64,000 bases of DNA from the NCBI GenBank assembly GCA_043228905.1, contig JBHGNT010000002.1, positions 15,562,001-15,626,000 on the forward strand, given 5' to 3'. The position numbers and the translations under genes are program-made. Numbering within the stretch: position 1 is the first letter of the stretch; each line of letters opens with the position of its first letter. This document shows positions 52,001 to 62,411 of this stretch, in pieces. This DNA comes from Azolla caroliniana (lineage: Eukaryota > Plantae > Polypodiophyta). The notes below the pieces were generated by a model. It saw only the letters and a list, made by a program, of their open reading frames with translations, made no database searches and was not told the origin of the DNA.

Positions 52001-53476
52001 AAGTACACAATAAAATAACGTAGAACAAGACAACTCGGATATTGATGGACACGAGGAAACAATCGAGAGGGATTGTTTTTTTACACATTGAATAAAATGC
52101 GTACAATCGTTCCGTACAAAAGAAATGGAATGATGAACCCAATCAATAAATAAAGAAGAGTTTTTATTATAAAACCAGGGATAACCCAGTATTACATCGG
52201 TGGTACAAAGATTCATTACATGGAAGTCTACTTCCTCTATATAAGTATCAATAGAAATTCCTAATGAATGAATCGCCCCATTGATGTATTGTACTCTTCC
52301 ATCAGCCAAGTGCACCGTGTAGGTGTGATCACTTACGGTGGGTTGGATTCCCCATATCTGAACCAAACGATCATTCACAAAATTGTGTGAGCTTCCCGAA
52401 TCAAATCAAAATTGTACGGGAGATCCATTGATATACCCGTTTGCACGTAGTAAATCATTGGGACCCAATACATAGTGAGGGAAAGAACATTGACAATTAC
52501 TTGAATGATGTGTATAGACCTGAAGGACATTAGGAATCTGACCTTTATGGTCTGCAGCTTTAGCTTTGTTGTCGTGCTCTTTCCGTTGGAGCTTTCGACA
52601 TTGATCTTTTGTATGACCCTTCTTTTTGCAGAATACACAAAAAGGATGTTGTCGCTTACAATCGCGATCCAGGAATTCGTTGGGTGTCTTGCGTTTCCCA
52701 ACAAATTGCGACTGCTTAGTCCCGGGCGCTTCGTTGGGTTTGTTATGGTCCTTCTTCGAAGTGCGTTGATAGCGAAGAACTATTTCAACGGCCTCTTCGA
52801 AGGATTTTGGATCCTTATCATGCACTATCCAGTGATAGTCCGAATTGGGGATGCCATTGACAAAACAAGCTATCAACCAATTGTCCCCTTCTAGACCCGA
52901 TTTTTGGATTTGGGTTCTAGCATGGTGAACATAGTCTTCTAGCGAGGAAAATTTCCTGCTAGAGAGGTTCATTAAAGCTTGTGCTGCCTCGGTTCGAGAG
53001 GGAGGTTGCAGAAATTGGCCCTTAAAAACCGTGACAAAATCTGTCCAGGTATCGGGCAATTTCCCCATAGTACGGAGGCCACGCCACCAGGCGGCGGCCT
53101 TACCCCCGAGTTCTCGACCGACATATGCAATCTTCGTACTATCTGGCGTGGGATAGAGCTCAAAATGAGACTCCCATCGTCCCAGCCATGTGCAGATTGC
53201 TTCTTCGGTTCTTTCCTTTTTGTCTCCCGTAAATGGCTTAACGACAAATGATGGTTCACCTTGTCGCTCATCAGGTCGATTAGTCTCACGTTGTAGACTA
53301 ATGACACGTGCCTCAAGAGCACTCTGAGATTGCCGAAGTTCGGTCATCTGTTGAGCAGTGAAACTAAGGTATTGGGTTATTTGTGCCAAATACATCTCAG
53401 TGGACATTTGTCCAGGAGGATTCCCATGAGTTCCTTCCGCTTGAGCGGATGACATCGGGTCGTTAATTTGAGCCAT
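49043..53476 (-). pseudogene. Family C gag-pol, broken by a few stops and a frameshift
   Basis: ORFs 52406-53476 (gag), 51293-52378 (PR/RT), 50426-51289 (RT/RH) and 49043-50404 (IN/chromodomain). Confidence 0.93.
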
Positions 53477-55651
53477 TAAAGATTATTTCTGGAAAAGAAA
53501 TAGGATAAGGTCAGAGATATAGTCATAACATCATGTCGTGATGTAAACATATCATGGGCGAGCATTAATCGATATCATTATCTCACGTCAATACCCCTCT
53601 AGACGTATGAGATGAGGTTCAAGATCAGGTTACTATGGTAACACAAAGGTGTTTTAAAAACCATGGGGGTGACAAATAAATGTCTTTCCCTGATCTCTAT
53701 ATCGATTTTTTCATGGTGGCTCCCCGAGGCTCAACCATGTATGTTCGCGTCATGAATAGTTTATACACGAAAAAAAATGTTAACAATAAACTATGTTTCG
53801 GTGCCCACATATGTGGTTTCGGCTCTTTAAGTCCTATTACGAGGACCCCGAGGTGCACTTAGACCTTAAGTCTAAACATGTGTTATAGTCATATGTATCA
53901 AGGATGTTGTATGGTCTTGATCATATTTGAACTCGAGACCTCGAGAACAAATACATTAAACACTTGAGCCAACCAAGTAAGTTGCTCTTCTCGAATGCTT
54001 AATGTTTGATGCGTATAAGAGATATGCGAGGCAATTTATCATATATGTTTTTTTTTAAAAGAACATATATGTCAAGGTCCTTATTTCGCCCTCATTTACC
54101 AAAACTATGTTGGTACGTTACCTAACCTCAAGTCTCGTAATTACGATGGCATATGCCAAAGGGCAACCTAATGGTCAAGCCAAATGAGCCCTCGTTTCGT
54201 AGTAGGCTCACGTGGGCCATCACATGGTCACGTCATTACGAATGCCTCTCGTAAGAACGAGCTCATGGTGGCATCGTATCCATGTAACGAGGGAGGGATG
54301 TTGGATACGTGCGTCATTGGAGCGACCTCACTTGAAGTGGGTCAAGCCCTACGTACTCAACATCATTTTGGCTATTCGCGTTTCTTTACGTAACGAAATC
54401 GAGGTCGTCAACGGGGTTATCAACAATAAAAAAAATGTTGAAAAAGGGATGGTGACAACGCCATTCTCACAAAAATGTGAGGACGGCCACCAACATCCTT
54501 TTCCCGACAAGGACAACTTTCGAGATAATCACGTAATAACGAATATACACATATGTTTACTTATCACATATATACGATCAAATACGTATATATGTGACCA
54601 CATATGCCTATATTAAACATATCGTTATAGTAAATAGCCACAAATGATGTGATCGAGATACGTAATCGAGGTATATACCTCTACGCACACGAAACATCCA
54701 CAAATAAGAGATCATCGTAATACGCAATGGAGGTATTGACCTCTTACACATACGAGACCAAACGCATATCGTTTACAACAAATCAAGGTATTAAACTCAT
54801 ACGCAAACGTAACATATGTTCGTGAACGTAATACGTAATACGCATACGACACTCATCACATATTATTAATATGTCAAACGAGGTATTGACCTCGTGCACA
54901 TATGTAAACGTTTTAGATAATCAATTAAAGACCAATACAACATCATTGACTTAATGAAAAAAATGACATATAAACTAAACACATGATTAGATGGGAGAAA
55001 AGAGAATAGAAAAAAAAATATGGAAAGAGTTACCGAAGTTCTTTGTTGATCGTTGTCTGGATCAAGGCCAACCGCACAACGATCGATCAGCATCAATCAA
55101 AAGACAAATGAAAAACAAAGAAACATTAGTAAAAAAATCTGATACCAAATATTATAGATCTTGGTACTAACGTAAGCTTAAGATAAGGATAATGAAAAGA
55201 TAGATAGAAAGGAGAAAGAGAAAGAAGGGTGCCGATCCACCCGACCACCCCCGAGCAAAGGGATCGAGACGGACTCGAGCCTCGATCGGCGTCCCATACC
55301 ACCGCCGTGGCGTCGAGTCGTACCTGGTGCTGGCGCGCTCGCTACAAGAGTTGACCCACCACACGAGCAGAGTCTTGATGTAGTCAAAAGATGATCAAAT
55401 GAGGGTAGCTAGGCCTCTTATTTATAGCGATACCCAAGGCCCCCAGGCAAGTTCACACTTGACCTAATGGGTTGTCTCAATCTCGAGGATTAAAAGTAAT
55501 CCTCCCCTTCTTTACACTCTCGTTTAACCCTCACACTTATCCACGTTGTCGTAGTGTATTTTGTACACTACGTGAAAAACGTATATAGTATTAGATTCAA
55601 TAAAAAATGAAGAAATAGAAGAAAATAGCAAAATAAATGGAACATGCATAG

Positions 55652-55709
55652 GGCAAGATTCGAACCTTGCACCTCCATGTTAATAATGTAATGTCTTACC
55701 ATTACACTA
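55652..55709 (-). promoter_or_regulatory. tRNA-derived A-box/B-box module in the Gag-only element LTR (second copy 58427-58484)
   Basis: Minus strand: TAGTGTAATGGTAAGACATTACATTATTAACATGGAGGTGCAAGGTTCGAATCTTGCC, with a GCAAG/CTTGC T-arm-like hairpin, followed by T-runs. Confidence 0.75.
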
Positions 55710-56279
55710 GCATTTCATTAGTGTTAAAGCATAGATGTCCCACATAGAAACCTAAATTCACGCTAGGATAAACATTAGAAAAACGCATAACAAAAGAAAA
55801 AGCTACACATACACATCTAGCATGCATGATAAAAAACGCACAAGTTAGAAAAAAAGCATGATCACTTTAGATAAAGCATATAGTCTATCTATAGGAAAAG
55901 CATGGGGTCTATAGTTAGAGAAAAAGCATGGATTACTAAGACTTCCTCATCACTACATAAGGATGGGAAGCACAATGTAATTGTGTGTGAAAAATATTTG
56001 GAAACTAGATATGTTTCTAAAAAACACCAATTAATAAACTATACTCGTGGGATTCACGAGAATTCTATATCATTCTCTTTCAACCGAAGTTTATATTCTT
56101 ATATTCATATTGATTAATCTAATACAATACACTCGTGGGATTCACGAGTTTGCTATAACTCTTTCTTACAACATATTTATATTCTTATTAGCCTTAAAAC
56201 TCTCTTCTTCCTAGTCCAAAACCCCAGCGGTTCCCACCCGACTCACGCAACGATCTGGAGCCGAAAGGCACGACACAGT

Positions 56280-56297
56280 TGGTGAACCCGACGTGAA
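56280..56297 (+). other. Primer binding site complementary to the 3' end of tRNA-Trp
   Basis: TGGTGAACCCGACGTGAA is the reverse complement of the plant cytosolic tRNA-Trp 3' end (...TTCACGTCGGGTTCACCA, recalled), 4 nt after the LTR. Confidence 0.85.
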
Positions 56298-56313
56298 GGC
56301 GGGTGGCAAGGAG

Positions 56314-58320
56314 ATGGAGAATCAACAAGAGGCGATGAACATGATGATAATAATGTTTGAGCGGATGCAACAAGAACAACGTGCGATGTCGGAGATGAAG
56401 GCGGCAGTAGAGCGGCTTCTGCGACGAAACGGGGAATTCAACGGTAAGGGTGTGTCACGCTACCTACGTGAATATAAGGCGGAGATGATGCAATATCGGA
56501 TACCGGAAGGATTGCAAGTGATATCCTTTAGTCGGGTGGCCTCGGACGAACTACAAGAGAGAATCCACAAGATACAACAACAAAACTCGACATGGGAGTC
56601 CTTTGAAGAAGCTTTACGGGAGGCATATGACTATGAGAGATGGACGGGACGAGATCGACGAGAATTCGACGAATGGGTGGCGTCGGAGAAGACTCACCGA
56701 AGTGCAACGCAAGCGTTCCTAGAGTTCGAGCATCGTTTTGCTCGACTCTCGGAGCGGGAACGAAGATTGGTGGGAGGAGATAAAGTCTTAATGTTCGTAA
56801 GATCGATCGATCGGAAAGAAAGGATGGACATTGGGATCGAACTCGAAGATGATGACGGTGCGAACGGTCTTACCGAGGATTGGGCCAAAGTCGAAAGGGT
56901 ATGCCGAAGACATGATGAAAGGAAGCTGAGAATCTCGTCAACAACGACATGGCCCATGAAGGATGGTCGATTGAGGAAAAACGATGAAGCCAATATGAAG
57001 GCCGAAATACAACAGGATGGTGCGACGGAAGAGGGTGTAAAACAAGCTACCCTCTTGTCTTGCGAAAGAACAACGACAAAGGATAAGGCCGATAACCCAA
57101 GTGTAGAAGAAGATTTCAGAATACAAGTGTCCGAAACATCGGGTGAAAAAGGGGTAAGCATAATTGATGCAGTGAAAGAGAGCAAGGAGGACTTGATTGA
57201 GGAGGTCACCACGAAAGATGACATCGAATTGAAGGTGGCTATGGACGAATCAACGACGGATGGCCATATCGAGACTTCCCCACCACTGATTTCAGAGACT
57301 CCGGCGGTTGCGATCGAAAGGCAACGTGAGACCGAAGAGACGGAAGGTGGCGGAGAGAAAACGAATGTCGAAGCCGACGAATACGATGAAGAGATAGCCG
57401 AGAAGAATGCTAAGGGTGAAACTATGAAAGAAGGTAATACCGAGGATTCATGCCAACAATATCTAGAGACTTCGACGGTTGTGTCCGAGAACCAACGTGA
57501 GACCGGAGAGACGGGAGATGGCGGCGAGGAAGGTAAAGTCGGAAGTCGGTTCGGATGGAAAATGATCCATCCGAAATTCCAATCTAAAAGAAAGTGCGAC
57601 AATGCGGAGGTCGGGTCTACGACGGGAGAAGCGCGTAATACAGAACACGCTCTACGGCGAATAAAGAAACGCGTGTTATGGCGAATAAAGAAGCACGCGC
57701 TACGGCGAGAAAAGAAGCATGCATTACAACCACACGAGGACCGAACAACGAGCACATATCGGAGGACCTACGTAGCGAACAACGGAAAGAAGTGCCGAAA
57801 GTCGAACCGGACAAGGCAGGTGAAAACGAAGAAAAGAAAGCAAATCCGGACGAAAAGAAAAGAAAAGAAACCGACCCGAAAGAGCACTGAATCGGTAAAA
57901 ACCGATCAACCGAGTCCGGATCGACCGAATACAAATCGGAAAGGAAGCCGAACTAAACGAAAGACGATCCGACGAGACCGAATCGGAAGTAAGCTAATCC
58001 GACTAAACCGAAAATCCGAAAAGAAGTCGAGATTGATGAAGAAAAGAAAGAGGGCAAGAAAAGATACTACCGCGGATGACAAGGATCAAGCGGGCCATGC
58101 AAAAAGCGAACGAAGACTATGGTGGATCGGATGTCGACAATGGTTCGGGTGGAAAGAATGGATGTGCTCCAAATGGAGAGACAAAGTCAACATAACAAGA
58201 GAAGTCGAGGGTACTACGAGCCGGCAACGAAACCAATCGGGTAGAGACCGGACGGAGGAGACTAACAAACACCAACAACTTCGGCACATACCGGAGGATG
58301 TGCGGGTTTGGAGGGGGTGA
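56314..58320 (+). CDS. Intact ~668-aa Gag-like protein with acidic linker, K/R-rich region and C-terminal Trp-rich motif
   Basis: Open frame from ATG 56314 (the ORF track starts at GTG 56293) to TGA inside the PPT. N-terminal gag-like FNGKGVSRYLREYKAEM...TWESFEEALREAY. Homolog at 6796-8230. Confidence 0.85.
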   Translation: MENQQEAMNMMIIMFERMQQEQRAMSEMKAAVERLLRRNGEFNGKGVSRYLREYKAEMMQYRIPEGLQVISFSRVASDELQERIHKIQQQNSTWESFEEALREAYDYERWTGRDRREFDEWVASEKTHRSATQAFLEFEHRFARLSERERRLVGGDKVLMFVRSIDRKERMDIGIELEDDDGANGLTEDWAKVERVCRRHDERKLRISSTTTWPMKDGRLRKNDEANMKAEIQQDGATEEGVKQATLLSCERTTTKDKADNPSVEEDFRIQVSETSGEKGVSIIDAVKESKEDLIEEVTTKDDIELKVAMDESTTDGHIETSPPLISETPAVAIERQRETEETEGGGEKTNVEADEYDEEIAEKNAKGETMKEGNTEDSCQQYLETSTVVSENQRETGETGDGGEEGKVGSRFGWKMIHPKFQSKRKCDNAEVGSTTGEARNTEHALRRIKKRVLWRIKKHALRREKKHALQPHEDRTTSTYRRTYVANNGKKCRKSNRTRQVKTKKRKQIRTKRKEKKPTRKSTESVKTDQPSPDRPNTNRKGSRTKRKTIRRDRIGSKLIRLNRKSEKKSRLMKKRKRARKDTTADDKDQAGHAKSERRLWWIGCRQWFGWKEWMCSKWRDKVNITREVEGTTSRQRNQSGRDRTEETNKHQQLRHIPEDVRVWRG

Positions 58321-61298
58321 GTGTCGTAGTGTATTTTGTACACTACGTGAAAAACGTATATAGTATTAGATTCAATAAAAAATGAAGAAATAGAAGAAAA
58401 TAGCAAAATAAATGGAACATGCATAGGGCAAGATTCGAACCTTGCACCTCCATGTTAATAATGTAATGTCTTACCATTACACTAGCATTTCATTAGTGTT
58501 AAAGCATAGATGTCCCACATAGAAACCTAAATTCACGCTAGGATAAACATTAGAAAAACGCATAACAAAAGAAAAAGCTACACATACACATCTAGCATGC
58601 ATGATAAAAAACGCACAAGTTAGAAAAAAAGCATGATCACTTTAGATAAAGCATATAGTCTATCTATAGGAAAAGCATGGGGTCTATAGTTAGAGAAAAA
58701 GCATGGATTACTAAGACTTCCTCATCACTACATAAGGATGGGAAGCACAATGTAATTGTGTGTGAAAAATATTTGGAAACTAGATATGTTTCTAAAAAAC
58801 ACCAATTAATAAACTATACTCGTGGGATTCACGAGAATTCTATATCATTCTCTTTCAACCGAAGTTTATATTCTTATATTCATATTGATTAATCTAATAC
58901 AATACACTCGTGGGATTCACGAGTTTGCTATAACTCTTTCTTACAACATATTTATATTCTTATTAGCCTTAAAACTCTCTTCTTCCTAGTCCAAAACCCC
59001 AGCGGTTCCCACCCGACTCACGCAACGATCTGGAGCCGAAAGGCACGACAACGTGTATAGAATACTACAGTAAATTCTTACCACGGGATATTATATGGTC
59101 ATGCACGTAACAGTGATCGTCACAGTCGGAGTTGATGGCGTAGTTGGTGAGTTGTCGGCTAGTGGAAGCCGACTCGCATATCTTCTTACGAAATTCTTCT
59201 TCGTGGTGACCGATTTTTCCGCAATGTCCGCATTCGACCGAGCTTTGTCGGTTCGGACTAGAATGGAAGCTCCCCCTTCTTCCGAAGGTTCCTCGATGGC
59301 TTCTGTCTTGATGCCGAAATTGCGAGTTGTTTTCGTAAGTCAGGCCTCGTCCGCCTCGTTCGTCTCATCCTTGGCCGAATCGGCCTCTTCTTGCACGGTC
59401 GCGTCCTCTTCCTCCATCTGAATGCATGTAGAGCATGTGACCTTCCGAGGCGTTGCTCCTCGTTCGAACATGGTTTTCTTCGACCAACAACATAGATTGA
59501 AGATCAAAGAAGGAGAGTGGATTCTCCTGTGTTAGTACGGCGGTCCGCATCGCGCCAAATCGTGGTGCAAGGCCGCCGAGGCATATTTGCACCATCTCAT
59601 CATCGTCCACATTGATGCTTATTGAGCCAAGCGAGTTGCAAAGCTCCTTGATCTTCAAGGTGTAGCTTGTGATGGACATATCCCTTTGTTGAATGTTGTT
59701 CAATTCTTTGTGGAGTTTAATCTTTCTCGCGGTAGTGTTGGCGGCGAAAATTCTTCAGCGTCTCGGCTTCTCGAATGTACCCAAGCATGTGGTCGTGAAC
59801 ACATGTCGCCAAGCAATACATCACTCGGCTTGCCGCTTGCTCCCACGTTGCATAGTCGGCATCTTCTTGGTTGGTTCTTGTGCTTCCTTTATGTAACCCC
59901 AATAGCCTTGGCCAACAAGGTATTGGTGCATCTTGTACTCCCAAGATGTGAAGTTGTTTATGGCCAACTTCTCACTAGGGAGAGCGCTCCCCATTTGAGT
60001 ATTCATTGTCGATGAAGCTTCCTTTCTTCTTTTCCTTCTCTCTCGAACACGAGCTATGTAGTGGTACTACGACAACGATGAACCGGTTCTTCTTGAATGT
60101 CGGCGTAGAGCACAACACATGATCACGATGAGGCGAGTGGGCTAGATCGATCTACCAAATCGCTCTAATACCATGTAAAGAATCGATGGGGATTCTTGTG
60201 TAGCGGAAGAGATGTGTGTTATGTGTATGTGTGAGAGGAATTAGAGGAGAGATGAGAGAACACAAGATAGATAGAAAAAGAAATACTTAAGAAGAAGAAG
60301 ATGTATATTTCACAAGTAGAATGGATATACAAAATTGTAGCATTACAAGGAGTCACAACCGACTTAGTATAAAGTATGAGGAGGGTGCTTTATATAGAGT
60401 CACCCTCTCTCTTCATTAACTTTACAACAACCACTCTCTCTCTTGGGGAATGTGAAGACTCATAGTCATGGGGAATATGTAACTCATTAGTTATGTGTCA
60501 TAGAATATGATTCTGTGACACATAATTAATGTATAGAGAGTAGTGGTATGACTCTTGACCTTTGTGTAATCATGGATTCTCAAAAGGTGTGTTTACACAT
60601 TGCACTATGTTGAGCTTGATTCTCAACACCTTTCAATCAGCTCAATATAAGGATACTTGGAGTAGGTTGGATTGAATGTATGTAATGCATACCAAAGGAT
60701 TTTTACCAGAGATTTTGGATATTTCAGTGTCTAATGGGTCAATTATATTAGATCATTTCCCATTAATTTTTGAATTCACTCACCACTCAATTATAGCTTT
60801 TCATGAGTTTTTTGGAAAACCGTCGTTGACTTTTAATTCATCATTTTTGGATCATGAGGTCTTCCATGCCTATATGTTTCAATCGATTGATACATTTGCC
60901 TATCGTGTTCAAATTGATGGGTATGAAGCATGGGAAGTATTTGTTGCAAATGTTTAGAGGTTAACTAGGTATTATGGAGTTCACCATGCTTTTAAATGCA
61001 GAAAGAAATTAAGTTCCTAGTTAATTTGCTTGATAAATGCAACTCATTGTTAACTTATTAGCCAACAGATGTAGAGTTGATGGGATATCAAGAGGTATTA
61101 ATTTCTACGATGCATGATCTTACGACAAAAAATTATCAACATGCTAAACTACATCGTCTAAGACAAGAAGTGGAGGATGCTAATTGTCAATCACATAAGT
61201 TTTTTCATGACCTTCATGAATCACATGTATGACATAATGTGGTAAGGTTAGAGGAATATGGTATCATGTGTTCCGATCCTCAAAAAATTGTGAAGAAA

Positions 61299-61415
61299 TA
61301 CATCTTTATCCTTTTTAACATTATCATCGATACATGCATTAATTTAAAATAGTATACAAAATTATTGGATGTATAAGTGTGTATCGATGATAATGTTAAA
61401 AAGGATAGAGATGTA
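61299..61415. repeat. 36-bp inverted duplication (hairpin) within the LINE
   Basis: TACATCTTTATCCTTTTTAACATTATCATCGATACA (61299-61334) is the reverse complement of 61380-61415 with one mismatch. Confidence 0.88.
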
Positions 61416-61607
61416 CTTTTTAATGGAGTAAAAAATCATGTGTCGTATGTGGCACAATCATTAGATGTTAATATTTCAGAGGATGAGGTGGAACATGTCA
61501 TGTCACATCTTGCTAATGATAAGAGTCCTTAGTAGGATGGATTAACACATGAACTCTTTAAAAAATATGTGATTAAGTTAAACGGGCCTTTTACGGTTTT
61601 ATTTCAG

Positions 61608-62411
61608 AAGGTGTGGACATCAGGGGAAATGCCTCATTCTTGGAAGATTGGTTTGATAAAGCTTTTGCCGAAGGTTGCCTTCTCCATCTTCCTTTGCTCA
61701 ATGGAGGCCTATTTCATTGATGGGGGGAATGTACAAGATTTTTGCAAAAGTGATGGTCAATAGGTTGCATAAGGTTTTACCTTCTATTATTCATAATGCT
61801 TAATATGGGTTCTTAGCAAAAAGAGACATTTTACATAATATTGTAAATGTTCAAATCGCAATTGACTATGCAAAAGGAGTCTAAACAAGAATTAGTGTTG
61901 CTACAATTGGATATCGAGAAAGCCTATGATAATGCGGATTGGCCATTTATAAATCAGTTGAAGTCTCATATGGGTTTTGGTGATCGTATGTCTAAATTGA
62001 TATACACATTAAAAGGTGTGGACATCAAGGGAAATGCCTCATTCTTGGAAGATTGGTTTGATAAAGCTTTTGCCGAAAGTGCCTTCTCCATCTTCATTTG
62101 CTCAATGGAGGCCTATTTCATTGATGGGGGGAATGTACAAGATTTTTGCAAAAGTGATGGCTAATAGGTGCATAAGGTTTTACTCTTCTATTATTCATAA
62201 TGCTCAATATGTGTTCTTAGCAAAAAGGGACATTTTACATAATATTTTAAATGTTCAAATGGCAATTGACTACGCAAAGGAGTCTAAACAAGAATTAGTG
62301 TTGCTACAATTAGATATCGAGAAAGCCTATGATAATGTGGATTGGCCATTTATAAATCAATTGATGTCTCATATGGGTTTTGGTGATCGTATGTCTAAAT
62401 TGATATACACA
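61608..62411 (+). repeat. ~400-bp tandem duplication of the LINE RT N-terminal region
   Basis: Units 61608-62008 and 62013-62411 both run from AAGGTGTGGACATCA to TCTAAATTGATATACACA. Confidence 0.92.

Larger units (their letters stand above)
55547..59050 (+). mobile_element. Young non-autonomous Gag-only Ty3/gypsy LTR element (Phygy/Selgy-like, TR-GAG-type)
   Basis: 729-bp LTRs 55547-56275 and 58322-59050, identical by eye. 4-bp TSD ACGT. tRNA-Trp PBS. PPT GGGTTTGGAGGGGGTGAG. Single ORF with no PR, RT or IN. Confidence 0.95.
47447..59112 (-). mobile_element. Chromovirus family C copy 2, with a rearranged 3' LTR and an insertion in the 5' LTR
   Basis: TSD GTGAT (47442-47446 and 59113-59117). 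3' LTR 47447-49056 (interrupted). 5' LTR 55150-59112 (interrupted by 55547-59050). PBS 55138-55147. Closely similar to 16990-24004. Confidence 0.94.
46491..60628 (-). mobile_element. 3'-truncated copia (second type): LTR, gag, PR and part of IN, interrupted by family C copy 2
   Basis: LTR 60174-60628 (TGTTGAGAATCAAGCTCAAC...), PBS TGGTATTAGAGC 60162-60173, gag MNTQMGSALPSEKL from 60006, WFVDSGASNHM at about 47330-47360, integrase ORF 46497-47039 (FIDDFSK, LRSDGGKEY). Confidence 0.9.

Noticed and set aside
56254-56280. Hammerhead ribozyme (retrozyme-like) at CTGGAGCCGAAAGGCACGAC
   Set aside because: It resembles stem II, but the CUGANGA and GAAA core boxes are not intact and stems I and III could not be built.
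56694-57755. 353-aa antisense ORF in the Gag-only element
   Set aside because: S/F/L-rich mirror of an E/K/R-rich sense frame with no recognisable motif; expected from composition.
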